Notes under the pieces: generated by a model
The model's input: the letters and a program-made list of their open reading frames with translations, nothing else
Databases searched by the model: none
What the model was told of the DNA's origin: nothing
Assembly: GCA_030390025.1 (NCBI GenBank)
Contig: CM059431.1
Coordinates: 138,138,001 to 138,202,000, forward strand
Length of the DNA: 64,000 nt
From: Squalus acanthias
Taxonomy: Eukaryota
Reading direction: 5' to 3'
Position numbers and translations under genes: made by a program
Part shown: in pieces, positions 26,288 through 38,249 of the stretch
How the letters are laid out: every line of letters starts with the position of its first letter
How positions within the stretch are numbered: the first letter of the stretch is position 1

Positions 26288-26720
26288 ATATACAAAAGAT
26301 TTGCTATCCCCTTCTCCCTTCTGTTAGTCTCCCTAGTAGGTATCTATGTCCAGTTGTTAATTCTATAAACCATGTTACACTGTAATATTATTGTTGATAT
26401 TTACGGTGGCATACTCAGTTATTAATGGTTTTTCTCTGTTTTAAGCTGTTGCATCCTTGTTAATGCAAGAGTTGTTGTTTAAAAAGACTGGCACATCCTC
26501 GCTACTGTTTGTGTCCCTGGTAAGTCGCTGTATCCAGCTATTAATTCTGTAAATCATTTTTAACTGTATTACTGTTCTTGTCATTTACTCCCCCCACACC
26601 CTCTCGCTATTGTTGGAGTCCCTGGTAAGTCTTTGTATCCCGCTAGTAATTCTATAAATCATGTTTAACTGTATTTCTCTCCTTGTCATTCTCCATCCCA
26701 TCCGCACTGCTGTCGACTGT
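26288..26720 (+). pseudogene. Degenerate copies of the GPCR exon-1 3' end and splice donor inside the intron
   Basis: IQKICYPLLPSVSLP at about 26289 resembles IQGIYYPLLAAVGVA. Two further units end ILATVCVP-G|GTAAGT (donor 26520) and PLAIVGVP-G|GTAAGT (donor 26625). Each is followed by sequence similar to tgtatccagctattaactctgtaaa found after the real donor. Confidence 0.75.
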
Positions 26721-26890
26721 TGATTCTGAAGGTGATACGGTGTTACCAAGATTCAATTGTTCGATATTCAACTCAAGAAACGATATAGCACGAGACTCTT
26801 TGCTTAACGAATTTCGTCCTGCTGTCTACACTGAACATTTGTAACAGATCAGAAGAATGTTGTCTTGGTTGAGAAGACTTTTCACCTAAT

Positions 26891-27017
26891 GGCGAAAGAT
26901 CATCGTCCTGAAATGTTAACTCTCTCTCTCACCACTGATGCTGCCTGATCTGCTGAGTATTTAAAATATTTTCAGTTCTTTTTTCAGATTTCCAGCATCC
27001 GTAGTAATTTGTTTTTG
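26891..27017 (+). mobile_element. Short Penelope pseudo-LTR fragment flanked by a 12-bp direct repeat
   Basis: ctgaaatgttaactctctctctccac...gatttccagcatcc matches the pseudo-LTR. ttttcacctaat occurs at 26879-26890 and 27018-27029. Confidence 0.7.
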
Positions 27018-28336
27018 TTTTCACCTAATTCTCGGTATGGTTATTGACACAGAGTCACAGGAACAAATCCTGGCAGATCATATCCACATCGTTAAATGCC
27101 TGAAATAGCCGCGAATCATTCAGTTCCAGTCAATATCTCCTTTCCCACAATCTCCAGTTCGGCATTAGTGATACTGCTTCTGATGGTTAGAATAGGATTA
27201 CAAGGATAATTTATATAACTCAAAAACGTTCAGTCAGCCATATTTCAATGCGTTTATTTCCAATCTTTGTTTTGAATTTACAATTGGAGCACATGCCCGT
27301 CTGTCACAGTTCAATGGATCTCTCAGTGAGACCCAAAGTTATTCTCTATTGCCTCCTGCTGTACTGCAGGATAAACAATCCCAGCTGATTGTAACTGAAG
27401 TACTGAGGATAAGAAAATCCTTTTCAATTTTCTCGACTAATATTCTCTGCACAAGTTGGAAACCAAAAAGTGAAAAAGTACAAGGATAAATCTCTTCCAT
27501 TTGTGTTCAGATACTTTACGAAAGCTTTCGGCGGCTCGTTGCCTCTGGGATGAGACGCTTAGTTATGATGCTAATAAATGTATTTAGTGGGATATTACCT
27601 GGTCAATGATAACTATTTGTTTTAATTCAGAGTCCATTCTTTGCAATGATATTCGGAAAATCTTCCTTTCAATGAGCCAGACATTGAGTATTTCAACAAA
27701 ACTATAGAAAGCTCAATCTTCAAAACACTTCATACATTCCAATTATCTTTATTACTGCAGTGCACTTGTATTTATTATCTTAGCACTTGCATATTACAAC
27801 CGTACATTTTAAATGCAATTGCCTGTAATTATTGCACGCCACGATTGCAGTTTCAGTATTTTGCCGTTGCACTCATTTTCAGTTCTAAATATAATGGATA
27901 TTCTAACCAGGAGCAGGAATCCAAGCGGGATTTCCCCCTCCTTAAAACAGGGCAACTAAAGCGAATTGCTCCGCTCCAAATGCTGACTGATCCCGGGACA
28001 TGAAAGTTTCCTGAGAGGTTCTGATCATTTGTGCCCCTGGTACCTCGGGCGGTGTTTTTGTCTGCTGGGCTAAAGGTAGATCTACCATTTAATCTCTCAT
28101 GGGCCAAACATCTGTTACATTCATGTTGTACTGAACCCCGTTTCATTTCTTAATTCCACAATGTATTCCCGATTACTATTACAAAAAACCCTTTATTCAC
28201 CTCCACGGACAATAAAATTAGATTATATCAGTGAATGTCGCTAATGAGTTGCAGATTTCTCCCAGAGTTCCTTCAAACTGCAGCTCTTGCTCATAACCTG
28301 GTTTATAATTCTCCTGTTTATGTCCCTTCCTCACAG

Positions 28337-29238
28337 TGAATTTAGTGACGATTGTAATCCTATCTCGGGGAAAGTGCGGTCTCTCCAAATGTGTCACTCG
28401 CTACCTGGTGGCCATGGCAGCGGCTGATCTACTGGTCGTTATCCTCGACCTGATATTGAGGCAGATTCCGATTGTTTATAGTGAACAGTTTCGTTTCATG
28501 CGGAAAATCCCCTTGTGTAATATCCACGCCGTCCTGCTTTATGCAGCCACAGACTGTTCTGTCTGGTTCACCGTCACTTTCACCTTTGATCGATTTGTGG
28601 CCATTTGTCGCCAGAAGCTGAAAACTAAATATTGCACCGAGAAAACGGCGGCTGTGGTTATCGGAACAGTGACTGTGCTGAGCGGTTTAAAGAACATTTT
28701 CTGGTATTTTATGTTCACAGATGGGTATCGGCTTCAGAACCTCCCCTGGTTTTGTGATGTAACAATAGATCTTACGTTTTCACTGGTCTGGGGAGCAATT
28801 GAGTTCCTTCATTATAGTCTCACCCCGGGGCTCCCATTTGTTGTGATTCTGCTGCTCAATGCTCTCATCGTCAGACACATTTTAGTGTCCAGCAGAGCCC
28901 GCAGGAGACTCCGGGGTCCCAGCAGTGGGGAGAGTCAGAGAGACCCAGAGATGGAGAGCCGCAGGAAATCCATCCTTTTATTGCTTCTTATCTCCGGCAA
29001 CTTCATCCTATTATGGATAGTGTTTATGGTGTATTATATATTGAGGCGGATATGGTATTTGTGGACTGTATCTATAATTCTGCCGCATTATCTAAGGGAA
29101 ATAGGATTGATGCTGCAGCTGCTGAGTTGCTGCACAAACACTAGGATTTATGCCGTCACCCAGACTAAGTTCAGAGAGCAGTTGAAAAATGTGGGAAAAT
29201 ATCCCTTTACTCTGATTGTAAAATTAATTAAAGGATGA
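28337..29238 (+). CDS. GPR139-like class A GPCR, coding exon 2 (TM1 end to TM7 and C-tail)
   Basis: Acceptor cccttcctcacAG at 28335-28336, phase 1 (G+TG=Val). Open 300-codon frame with TM1 Asn, TM2 AAADLL, TM3 FTFDRFVAIC, Cys in PLCNIH and WFCD, and TM7 SCCTNTRIY. Spliced CDS is 1167 nt (388 aa); intron is 16917-28336. Confidence 0.92.
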
Positions 29239-29340
29239 TGTGAAGCGGAGACTTTGCAGCCTGAGAGCTCCCTGTGCCTGATATATTGGCGAGCCGTAAT
29301 CGACGGGCCGGGCCGCCGGCCGCGGGGAAGTTTCAGAAAA

Positions 29341-30060
29341 CAAAGATAGCGGCTCCGGCGTACCGCACAAAGATGGTGGACTCGGCGTCCCGTACAATAT
29401 GGTGGCCCCGGCGCCCAGCACAAAGATGGTGGTCCCGGCGTCCGCACAAATATGTAGGCCTCGGAGACCCACACAATATGGTGGCCCCGGCGCCCAGCAC
29501 AAATATGGCGGCCCCGGCGCCTCGCACACAGATGGTAGCCTCGGCGCCCCGCACTAGATGGCGGCCCTGGCGCTACCCACAAAGATGGCGGCCCCGGCGC
29601 CCAGCACAAAGATGGAGGCCCCGGCGCCCAGCAAAAAGATGGCTGCCCCGGCACCATGCATAAAGCAGGCGCCCCCGGGGTCCCGAAAAATTATTTCGGA
29701 TCCGTTGCTCCGCACAAAAATGGTGGAACCAACGGACCGCACAAAAATTGCGGCTCCGGTGCCCCGCACAAAGATGTCGGCTCCGTTGCGCCGCACAAAG
29801 ATAGCTACTCCGACGCCCCTAACAAAAATTGCGGCTCCGGCATCCCGCTCAAAAATGGCGGCTCCGGCATCCCGCACAAAGATGGTAATCTCTGTCACCC
29901 CTAACAAAGATGGCGGCTCTGGCCCCCCTAAAAAGATGGCGGATCTGGCGCCCTTAACAAAGATGGCAGAACTGGTGCCCCTAAAAAATATGGCGGCGCT
30001 TGCGTCCCGCACTAAGATGGCGGCTCTGGGGCCGCATAGCAAAGATGGCGGCTCTGGTTG
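29341..30060 (+). repeat. GC/CpG-rich 27-bp minisatellite, about 27 units, with YY1-like AAGATGGCGGC core
   Basis: Consensus caaagatggcggccccggcgccccgca with period 26-27. Starts about 100 bp after the GPCR stop. Confidence 0.92.
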
Positions 30061-30104
30061 CAACATTATAACTCTTTATAAATCATTATGATCATTAAGA
30101 AATC

Positions 30105-30520
30105 ATTGTTTGATTCATTCTTGGAATATGGACGTCGCAGGCAAGGCCAGCATTTATCGCCCATCCTTAATTGCCCTGGAGAAGGTGATGGTGAGCCGCC
30201 TCATACAACTGTGTGGCTTGCTAGGCCATTTCAGAGGGTCGTTAATAGCCAACCACTTTGCTGTTGGTTTGAAGTCACATTTCGTCCAAAATGGGTAACG
30301 ACAGCAGCTTCCCTTCCCTGAAGGACATTCGTGAACCAGATGTGCTGTTACCGACAATCCGGTAGTTTCATGGTCACCATTACTGGCACTAAATTTTTAT
30401 TCCAGATTTGCTTAATTAATATAATTGAAATTCCCCAGCTGGTGGGATTTGAACTCAGGATTATTCGTCCAGGCATCTGGTCTACTAGTCTAACAACGTA
30501 ACCACTATGCTACTGTACCC
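30105..30520 (-). mobile_element. tRNA-derived SINE (second family)
   Basis: Reverse complement of the 22350 element, including the head ggtgggatttgaactc. Confidence 0.78.
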
Positions 30521-30974
30521 TTCAAATATATCACCGTTCCTTCATCGTCATTGATTCAAAAGCCTGAAATTCCTTCCGTAATAGTATTGTGGGAGCACCT
30601 TCACCAGACGGACTGCAGCGGTTCAGGATGAAGGACCAACATTTTATCATGGGTAACTGGGAATGGTCAAGTAATATCAGCCTTGACAGCGCCACCCATA
30701 TCCTGAGAACAAATAAATATAAATAATAAAATGGGAATAAAATCACTGATTTTTGAAATTCACTGATTGAAACCAGGCGAGGTCTGTTCTCAGATTGAGA
30801 AGTCATGTTCCGCTAAAAAAATTGTCAACACAACTTGGCTCACCAATTCTATGGTTTCATGATTAATACTACTCACACTTTCCCAATTTCCCTATATTTT
30901 GAAAAGGTGCTTGAAAAAGTCCCACATATTACCAAAATTGAAGTCCATGGGATTAAAGTGGCAGTGGCAACAGT

Positions 30975-31210
30975 GAGTGGTGCGCGGTATATCATTATTA
31001 CAGTGACTGGTGTGGGGTGTAACAATCCAGAGTGTGGCATGGATCAGAGAGTTATCTTGAATGTTGTGTGGCATATCAGAGTGTTACAGGGAGGGTTGTG
31101 GCGTATATCAGAGTGTTACAGTGAGGGGTGTAAGGGTACATCAGACTGTTAAAGTGAGGGGTGTGTGGTATATCAGAGTGTTAAAGTGAGGAGGATAGAG
31201 TATATCACGG
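30975..31210 (+). repeat. Degenerate tandem repeat of about 30 bp
   Basis: Recurrent gtgtggcatatcagagtgttacag(t/g)gaggg. Confidence 0.7.
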
Positions 31211-31219
31211 AGTCAGTTG

Positions 31220-32875
31220 TGAAGAGAATGTGAAGAGGCTTCAAGGGGATCTCGACAGTCTCAGTGAGTGGGCGAGAACATGGCAGATGGAATACAATGG
31301 CCTAGAAATTCGCGTGGCCGATTGCCGCGGATGTAAGGATCACGTGCGCGCTTACCCACCGCGCCTGCCGTTGTGTTTTGGGCCCACAGGAACTTCGGGT
31401 CCTGGGCCTCTCCCAAGAGCTGGCGCGCAGTGCTTGCGTGTTCCAGGGGCGCAGTTAGTGCGATGCGACCCCTGGGATCACGTGGGCCATGGCGAGCCAA
31501 TGGCAGCAGACCATCTTTCATTCACAGATTTGACAGGAGACCTATCAAATCTGTGAATTGAAATCGGCCCCAAAAGAACAGCTAAACTTAAAATACATTT
31601 TTTTAATCACATTTATAAAATAACTATAGTTAAATAAATTAACCACTTTAAACAAAAATTTAAATTTTTGAAAAAATTAAAATACTTTTTAAAAGTTATA
31701 AAAATAAACTTACCTTTCTTTAAAGTATCTAAAAAAGATAAATCTGTTGAAAAAAAATTAAAATTATACTTAATTAATCACTTACCTTGTTCAAAAGGGT
31801 TCTTACGCCTCATTTTTATTAGCGTAGAATCTTCAATACTTACACTCCCGTAGAAACCTGAAAAAAATCTAAGTGTGCTGCGTGCGCGCAGCCTCTAGCT
31901 TGCACGCGGTTCACCTAGGAACCGCCCCCTTCACTATTCCGGAAGTTCCGGTTTCCCACGCATGCGCAGTGCATGCAGGAAACCGGCACTTCGGAAAGCG
32001 ATAAGGGTGAGTAGGCACTGAGTACTCACCCGGGAACGGCCGAATTTTTGGGCCATTGTGTATAAATGTGAAGTAATCCACTTTGGTAGAAAAAACAGAA
32101 ACGCACAATATTTCCTAAATGGTGAAAGATTAGGGAATGCAGCTGTTCAATGGGACCTGGGTTTCCTTGTACATGAGTCACTGATAGTTAATGTGCAGGT
32201 GCAGCAAGCCATTAGGAAGGCAAATGGTATGCTGGCCTTCGTTGCACGAGCATTTGAGTACAGGAGTAAAGAAGTCTTACTCCAATTATATAGGGTCTTG
32301 GTGAGACCACACGAGGAGTACTGTGTAAAATTTTGGTCTCCTAACCTAAGGAAGGATTTACTTGCCTTAGAGGGAGTGCAACGAAGGTTCACGAGATTGA
32401 TTCCTGGGATGGCGGGACTGTCGTATGAGAAGAGATTGAGCAAACTAGGCCTGTATTCTCTTGAATGCAGGAGAATGAGAGGGGAAATCATTGAAGCATA
32501 CAACATTATTACAGGGCTTGATAGCATGGATGCTGGGAGAATGTTTCCCTCAGCTGGGGAATCTAGAACCAGGGGCCACAGCCTCAGGATAAAGGCTAGG
32601 GCATTCAGGACTGAGATGAGAAGACATTTCTTCACACAGGAGGTGGGAAATCTTTGGAATTCTCTACCTCAGAGGGCTGTTGAGGCTGTGGGTATATTCA
32701 AAACAGAAGTCGATAGATTTCTGACTAGTAAGGGCATCAAGAGATATGGCGATAGGGCCGGTGAATGGAGTTGAGGCAGAATATCAGCCATGATCTCATT
32801 GAATGGCCGAGCAGGCTCGAAAGGCCGAATGGCCTACTCCTGCTCTTATTTCTTATGTTCTAATGTTCTTATGTT
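31220..32875 (+). mobile_element. CR1 LINE 3' fragment interrupted by a MITE
   Basis: KRLQGDLDSLSEWARTWQMEYN continues as YKCEVIHFGRKN at 32058. Single 3'UTR with ttcttatg tail. Confidence 0.92.
31299..32054. mobile_element. Non-autonomous DNA transposon (about 756 bp), probably PIF/Harbinger-ISL2EU-like
   Basis: Cleanly interrupts CR1 ORF2. Inverted ends GGCCTAGAAATTCG and CGAATTTTTGGGCC, flanked by AAT and ATT. GC-rich subterminal regions and an AT-rich core. Confidence 0.8.
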
Positions 32876-33519
32876 TATTGTTGCTGAGGTTTAAACCCAA
32901 ATCAATTAGATTAACTAATTTAGATCATAGAGGCCTGTAGGAACTGGCATCGAAACTCGCAGTGAAGACCAGAATAGGAGATATAGTTAATTATTTAGAA
33001 GAGCTGTAATTATACTGGGAGTAGAAGTAGGCTCGGTGCTGTGGAAGAGCAGAGAGATTAGGGGATACAGATTGAAAGGACATTAAAAGCAACACCTCAG
33101 GTTGAAAAAGTCCTAAAGAAGCTGATGAAATTCTAGGTTTAAGCGCGAGGAAGAGAATATAAAACACAAAAGTTAAAGATGAGCCTATAAAAAGCTTTAA
33201 ACTGACCTCAGTTAGAGTTTTGTGTGTAGTATTGAGCTCCACACTATAGGAAGGATGGAGACTTTAGAGAGGGTTAAACGTAGATTCACTGGGGGGCAGC
33301 CTGGTCTGAGGAACAACAAATATGCAGAAAGCTTTGAACGTTGTTGTTTCTTTTAATTTAAAACAACGCAGATTGTGGGGTGATATGATAGAAGTGTTTA
33401 CAATTATGACACGATGGGACAAGGTTGCTGCAGGCTGTAACTATTTGTGTTAGATTAATAAGGCCAGATGTATTAACCATTAACAGATAGTATCGTGGTA
33501 ATTTCTGTAGTTTGTTGTT

Positions 33520-33735
33520 AGCAAGAGAGTAGTGATGGGGTTTTATGGATAATGTGAGTAATTATTTTCATTAAAAGATTAGTAATGAAGACCCGCCTAC
33601 CTTTTCATAATGTGAGTCGTTGCTTTCTATGTAAAGATTAGTGATGGGACGCTCCTACCTATTGGTAATCTGAGTAGTTAGTTTTTGTTTAAAGAGCAGT
33701 GATGGAATCCTGCGACCTGATGGTAATTTGAGTGT
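33520..33735 (+). repeat. Old degenerate 58-bp tandem repeat, about 4 copies
   Basis: The aatNtgagt anchor recurs at 33551, 33609, 33667 and 33725. Confidence 0.7.
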
Positions 33736-33929
33736 CCGTGGGGAGACTGGTGAAGAACAGGAGTGGGTTTAGCCTCGATATCACTTGTGTTTAAACCGAC
33801 TGCCCTCAGTCACTGTCTGAGCCCAGCCTCACAGAATAGCTGCATCCCTGGCACTGGGGAACACATCAGTCCGCGGGATACTGGCGTTCGAGAGGAATTG
33901 AGAAAATAAAATTTTTATTAATAATTTTG

Positions 33930-35520
33930 TAATAATTTTCCAAAATTCCCAGGACTCAACAAAGGTCCCGGCAGATTGGAAAACTGCTAATATAACACCC
34001 TTATTTAAAAAGGGTAGTAGGCAGAAGGATGGTAATTGTAGACCAGTTAGTCTAACATCTGTGGTGGGTAAAATTTTGGAGTCTATTATTAAGGAGACAG
34101 TAACGGAACATTTAGATAAACATAATTTAATAGGACAAAGTCAGCATGGCTTTATGAAGGGGAAGTCATGTCTGACAAATTTGCTTGAGTTCTTTGAGGA
34201 CATAACGTACAGGGTGGATAAAGGGGAACCAATGGACGTATTGTATTTATACTTCCAGAAGGCATTCGACAAGGTGCCACATAAAAGATTATTGCTCAAG
34301 ATAAAAAATCACTGGATTGGGGGGAATATTCTGGCATGGGTGGAGGATTGGTTATCTAACAGGAAGCAGAGAGTTGGGATAAATGGTTCATTCTCGGACT
34401 GGCAACCAGGGGTCGATGCTGGGAACCCAACTCTTTACAATCTATATTAACGATTTGGAGGAGGGGACCGAGTGTAACATATCAAAGTTTGCAGATGATA
34501 CAAAGATGGGAGGGAAAGTAGAAAGTGAGGAGGACATAAAAAACCTACAAGGGGATATAGACAAGCTGGGTGAGTGGGCGGAGATTTGGCAGATGCAATA
34601 CAATATTGGAAAATGTGAGGTTATGCACTTTGGCAGGAAAAATCAGAGAGCAAGTTATTATCTTAATGGCAAGAAACTGGAAAGTACTGCAGTACAAAGG
34701 GATCTGGGGGTCCTAGTGCAAGAAAATCAAAAAGTTAGTATGCAGGTGCAGCAGGTGATCAAGAAGGCCAACGGAATGTTGGCTTTTATTGCTAGGGGGA
34801 TAGATTATAAAAACAGGGAGGTATTGCTGCAGTTATATAAGGTGTTGGTGAGACCGCATCTGGAATACTGCATACAGTTTTGGTGTCCATACTTAAGAAA
34901 ATACATACTTGCTCTCGAGGCAGTACAAAGAAGGTTCACTCGGTTAATCCCCGGGATGAGGGGGTGGACATATGAGGAGAGGTTGAGTAGATTGGGACTC
35001 TACTCATTGGAGTTCAGAAGAATGAGAGGCGATCTTATTGAAACATATAAGATTGTGAAGGGGCTTGATCGGGTGGATGCGGTAAGGATGTTCCCAAGGA
35101 TGGGTGAAACTAGAACTAGGGGGCATAATCTTAGAATAAGGGGCTGCTCTTTCAAAACTGAGATGAGGAGAAACTTCTTCACTCAGAGGGTAGTAGGTCT
35201 GTGGAATTTGCTGCCCCAGGAAGCTGTGGAAGCTACATCATTAAATAAATTTAAAACAGAAATAGACAGTTTCCTAGAAGTAAATGGGAATTTGGGATTA
35301 CGGGGAGCGGGCAGGAAATTGGACATGAGGCTGAGTTCGGATCGGTCAGGGCCCTGTGGGTGGCGGAGCGGGCCCAGGGGCTGAGTGGCCGGGTCCTGCT
35401 CCTACTTCTTGTGTTCTTTAGATTTGAGGTGAGGATCAGATCAGCCAAGATCTTATTGAATGGCGGAGCAGGCTCGAAGGGCCAATTGGCCTACTCCTGC
35501 TCCTATTTCTTATGTTCTTA
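33930..35520 (+). mobile_element. Young CR1 LINE, near-identical to the 3387-5112 copy
   Basis: Near-identical RT and 3'UTR, with a deletion of about 20 nt near 34409. Confidence 0.96.
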
Positions 35521-38249
35521 CTAAAATCATAATACACAGGAATGAAGCTTCGAAGCTACATTAACCTTACCTTGATCCCGCAAGGATTTTCTGCCAATAT
35601 TTCCGCGCAGATTTTGCGAGTGATATCCTTGTTATTTCTTGCAACCGATCATGTAAACATTCCTTGATTTATTTTAGCAGGTCACAAATTCTGAATTTAA
35701 ACGGATCCTTGTTCGGTGAGACTCAGAGCTCCACCCTCTGTGTGAAGACTGCTATCCGCCCTTAGGATGGATTTCAACTCAAACATTCCTCATTCGCTTC
35801 AGAACTGGGAGCGTCCTTTCTGGTCAAATCAAATCCAACCGGTTTCAAATTTCGCTGCCGCTTCGACTGTGAACAAAGTTAGTTATAAATGTTTCTTTAC
35901 ATTTGCTTGTTCCAGGGAAGTTCAGTAAAACAGACATAAGATTAGAAATAAATTGTGACATTTCCAAAAGGAAAATTGCTAAAATTCCCTTTGATTTTCT
36001 GATGTTTGGGCTTTGAGCCCAGTCTCCCAGAGCCAGTGTCTTGTCAGTGAGCTGAGAGGAGACTGTTTCTGTACGTGAGGCTATTAACCATTTAATCGCC
36101 GAATTAAACTATCCCTGAGCATCAATCGATTCAGCTACTGCTTAAATAAGTACTGACTTTCCACAGTTGCACTTATCATTGTGAATCTGCAGAAGATACA
36201 TCCCTTACATTGTTAGACACAGAAAGGACCATTCCTGTGCTGCAGTCGGTATAAATTTTGGATTCTCCTCATTTTTAGGGTGGTTGTCACACAATAAGAA
36301 ATATGCCCTTCGCCGATATGGAGGTGTCTGAAGCCAGGAACTGTTTGAGGACAGATTGTGGTGATAATTCCGAGGGGCAGATTGCGATATTTCCTTTATC
36401 TGGTTAATTTCCCCTCTATTTTGTGACCAAGATTAAGGATTCACTCGGGCGGAGGCACAGCCTGAAGCGGCGGTTCCAAACATCCCCCAATATTTTTTGT
36501 CTTCATGTGAACTCTCTCGTCACAGACCTTCTCCTTCTTGCTTGTTTCACACTATTGTTGTTTTAAGCTGAGCGTTTACTATTCTACAAAAAATTCACCC
36601 GAACAAGTTAATTCACTCTAAAATGGTGGGTAAATGGTGGGTTTGCATGCAGCCGGATTGCATTAATTGTCGTCATTAAAATGATAAAAGTATCGATAGA
36701 GTAGTACCAAAGAGAGATTGCCTCTGGTGGGGCAATCCAGTACAAGAGGGGACATTATTAAATTCGACCTAGTCTGTTCAGGAGTGAAATCAGGAAGCAC
36801 CTTTTCAAAAAAATGGTAATTGGGAATTGTGGAATGCTCATCCCCACCGCCCGCCCACCCACCCCCCCCCCACCCCGCCCCCACCCCCCTCCCCACCAAC
36901 CAAAAAAAAAAGCTGCGTATTCTGGTTCAATTGAATTTTTCAAGACTGATGCAGGTTTTTATCAGCTAAGGGGATCAAGCGAAATGAATCGCAGGCGGGT
37001 AACTGGAGTTCAGGCACAGACCAGCCATGATCTAATTAAATGGTAGAACGGGCTCGAGGGGCTGAACGGCCTGTTCCTGTTTTCCTCCATTTAATCGTCG
37101 GTGGATGATAAATTCCAGCAATTGGTAAATGTGACGTTTAACCGGAGTTTCTGCACAATGACTTCACTGGAGGGTTTGAACGTACCCTTTAAACGGATGT
37201 GATTGGCTGTTTTTATTTAAGGCTGAGTTCCATCTGCTGTGAACTTCACAGAATTCCAGTGCAATAAAGAACAGACGGATCGAGGGCAAACTTTTTAAAA
37301 TATAATTGAATAAAAACTCACGGACTGTGTCCGGTCAGATTTAAACAATAAGGCCCTGAAACGTTCCGGTGCTATTACTTAATGGTTGGTCAAAGTTCCG
37401 TACAAGAGATTCTCTGTCTGTAGATTTTAATGACAAAGGTCCTCTAATTTCCGATTTCATGACCTACTCAAACGCTAACCTGATGTGTTACAAGATGGCT
37501 CCTGGGCTGGCTGCTCCCTGGTGAGCTCATTTTTGCTGTGCAACACTATCCTTTGCCATCCGTTGCTCTTTCTCCCTCAATCTCCTCTCTTACACTGTTT
37601 AAGTTGTCCCGGCTCTAATAGTGGATCCATTTTAGCCCTAACTACAAGGTAACTGCTAGTTTAAAGTTACCTGGGCCAAATGCCCAACCCCCCACCATGC
37701 CTGTTCTTTGTTTCTCCGAGTGCGCTCAAATTTAGCTTCGAAATTCCTGGCCATCAACAATATGCCTCTTCACTGGACTACACTGTATGTCTCAGGTGCT
37801 GTGTCTCTGATTTGCTATTCATTTGTTTAGTTTTCAGGTAACTTGGTCCAACCTAAAATCCATCCCCCATAGCCGCTGTTACCTGCTGCGTTTATGATTG
37901 TCCTACTGGTTTTTCAGCTTCAGCTAGAGTCTGCTTTTTGGTCAGAAATTCACTCTCTCGGGCCGAAATCCATTTATCTTCCGCCTCTGGAGCTTGTGCT
38001 GATCTCCAACTACGTCACAGTTTTTCTGCCCCGCCATCGATTCTGCACTCCTCCTGACTCTTCACTCACATGGGAATACCTCCAGCAGTGCGTCCTCTGA
38101 AACTCTACCCTTCAAACTGCTGCGAGACTCACTTGCCCTCCATACCTGGCTCCGAAACTGGACAGCAGTTTGTCAATGCTCCAAGCTGAGTCCACCGCAC
38201 CAACGAACACTTTATCCCACCACGGGACCTCTGACTCTAACTCTGGGCT

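Noticed and set aside
28332..28370. CACAGTG resembling a V(D)J RSS heptamer
   Set aside because: It is the GPCR splice acceptor; there is no nonamer at 12- or 23-bp spacing.
29148..30091. Several overlapping Ala/Pro/Gly-rich ORFs on both strands
   Set aside because: They arise from the GC-rich 27-bp repeat being a multiple of 3; there are no splice or start signals, and frames shift between units.
3387..35520. Near-identical 1.6-kb blocks at 3387 and 33930 as a segmental duplication
   Set aside because: Similarity is confined to the CR1 element, with different 5' truncation points and unrelated flanks; independent insertions.
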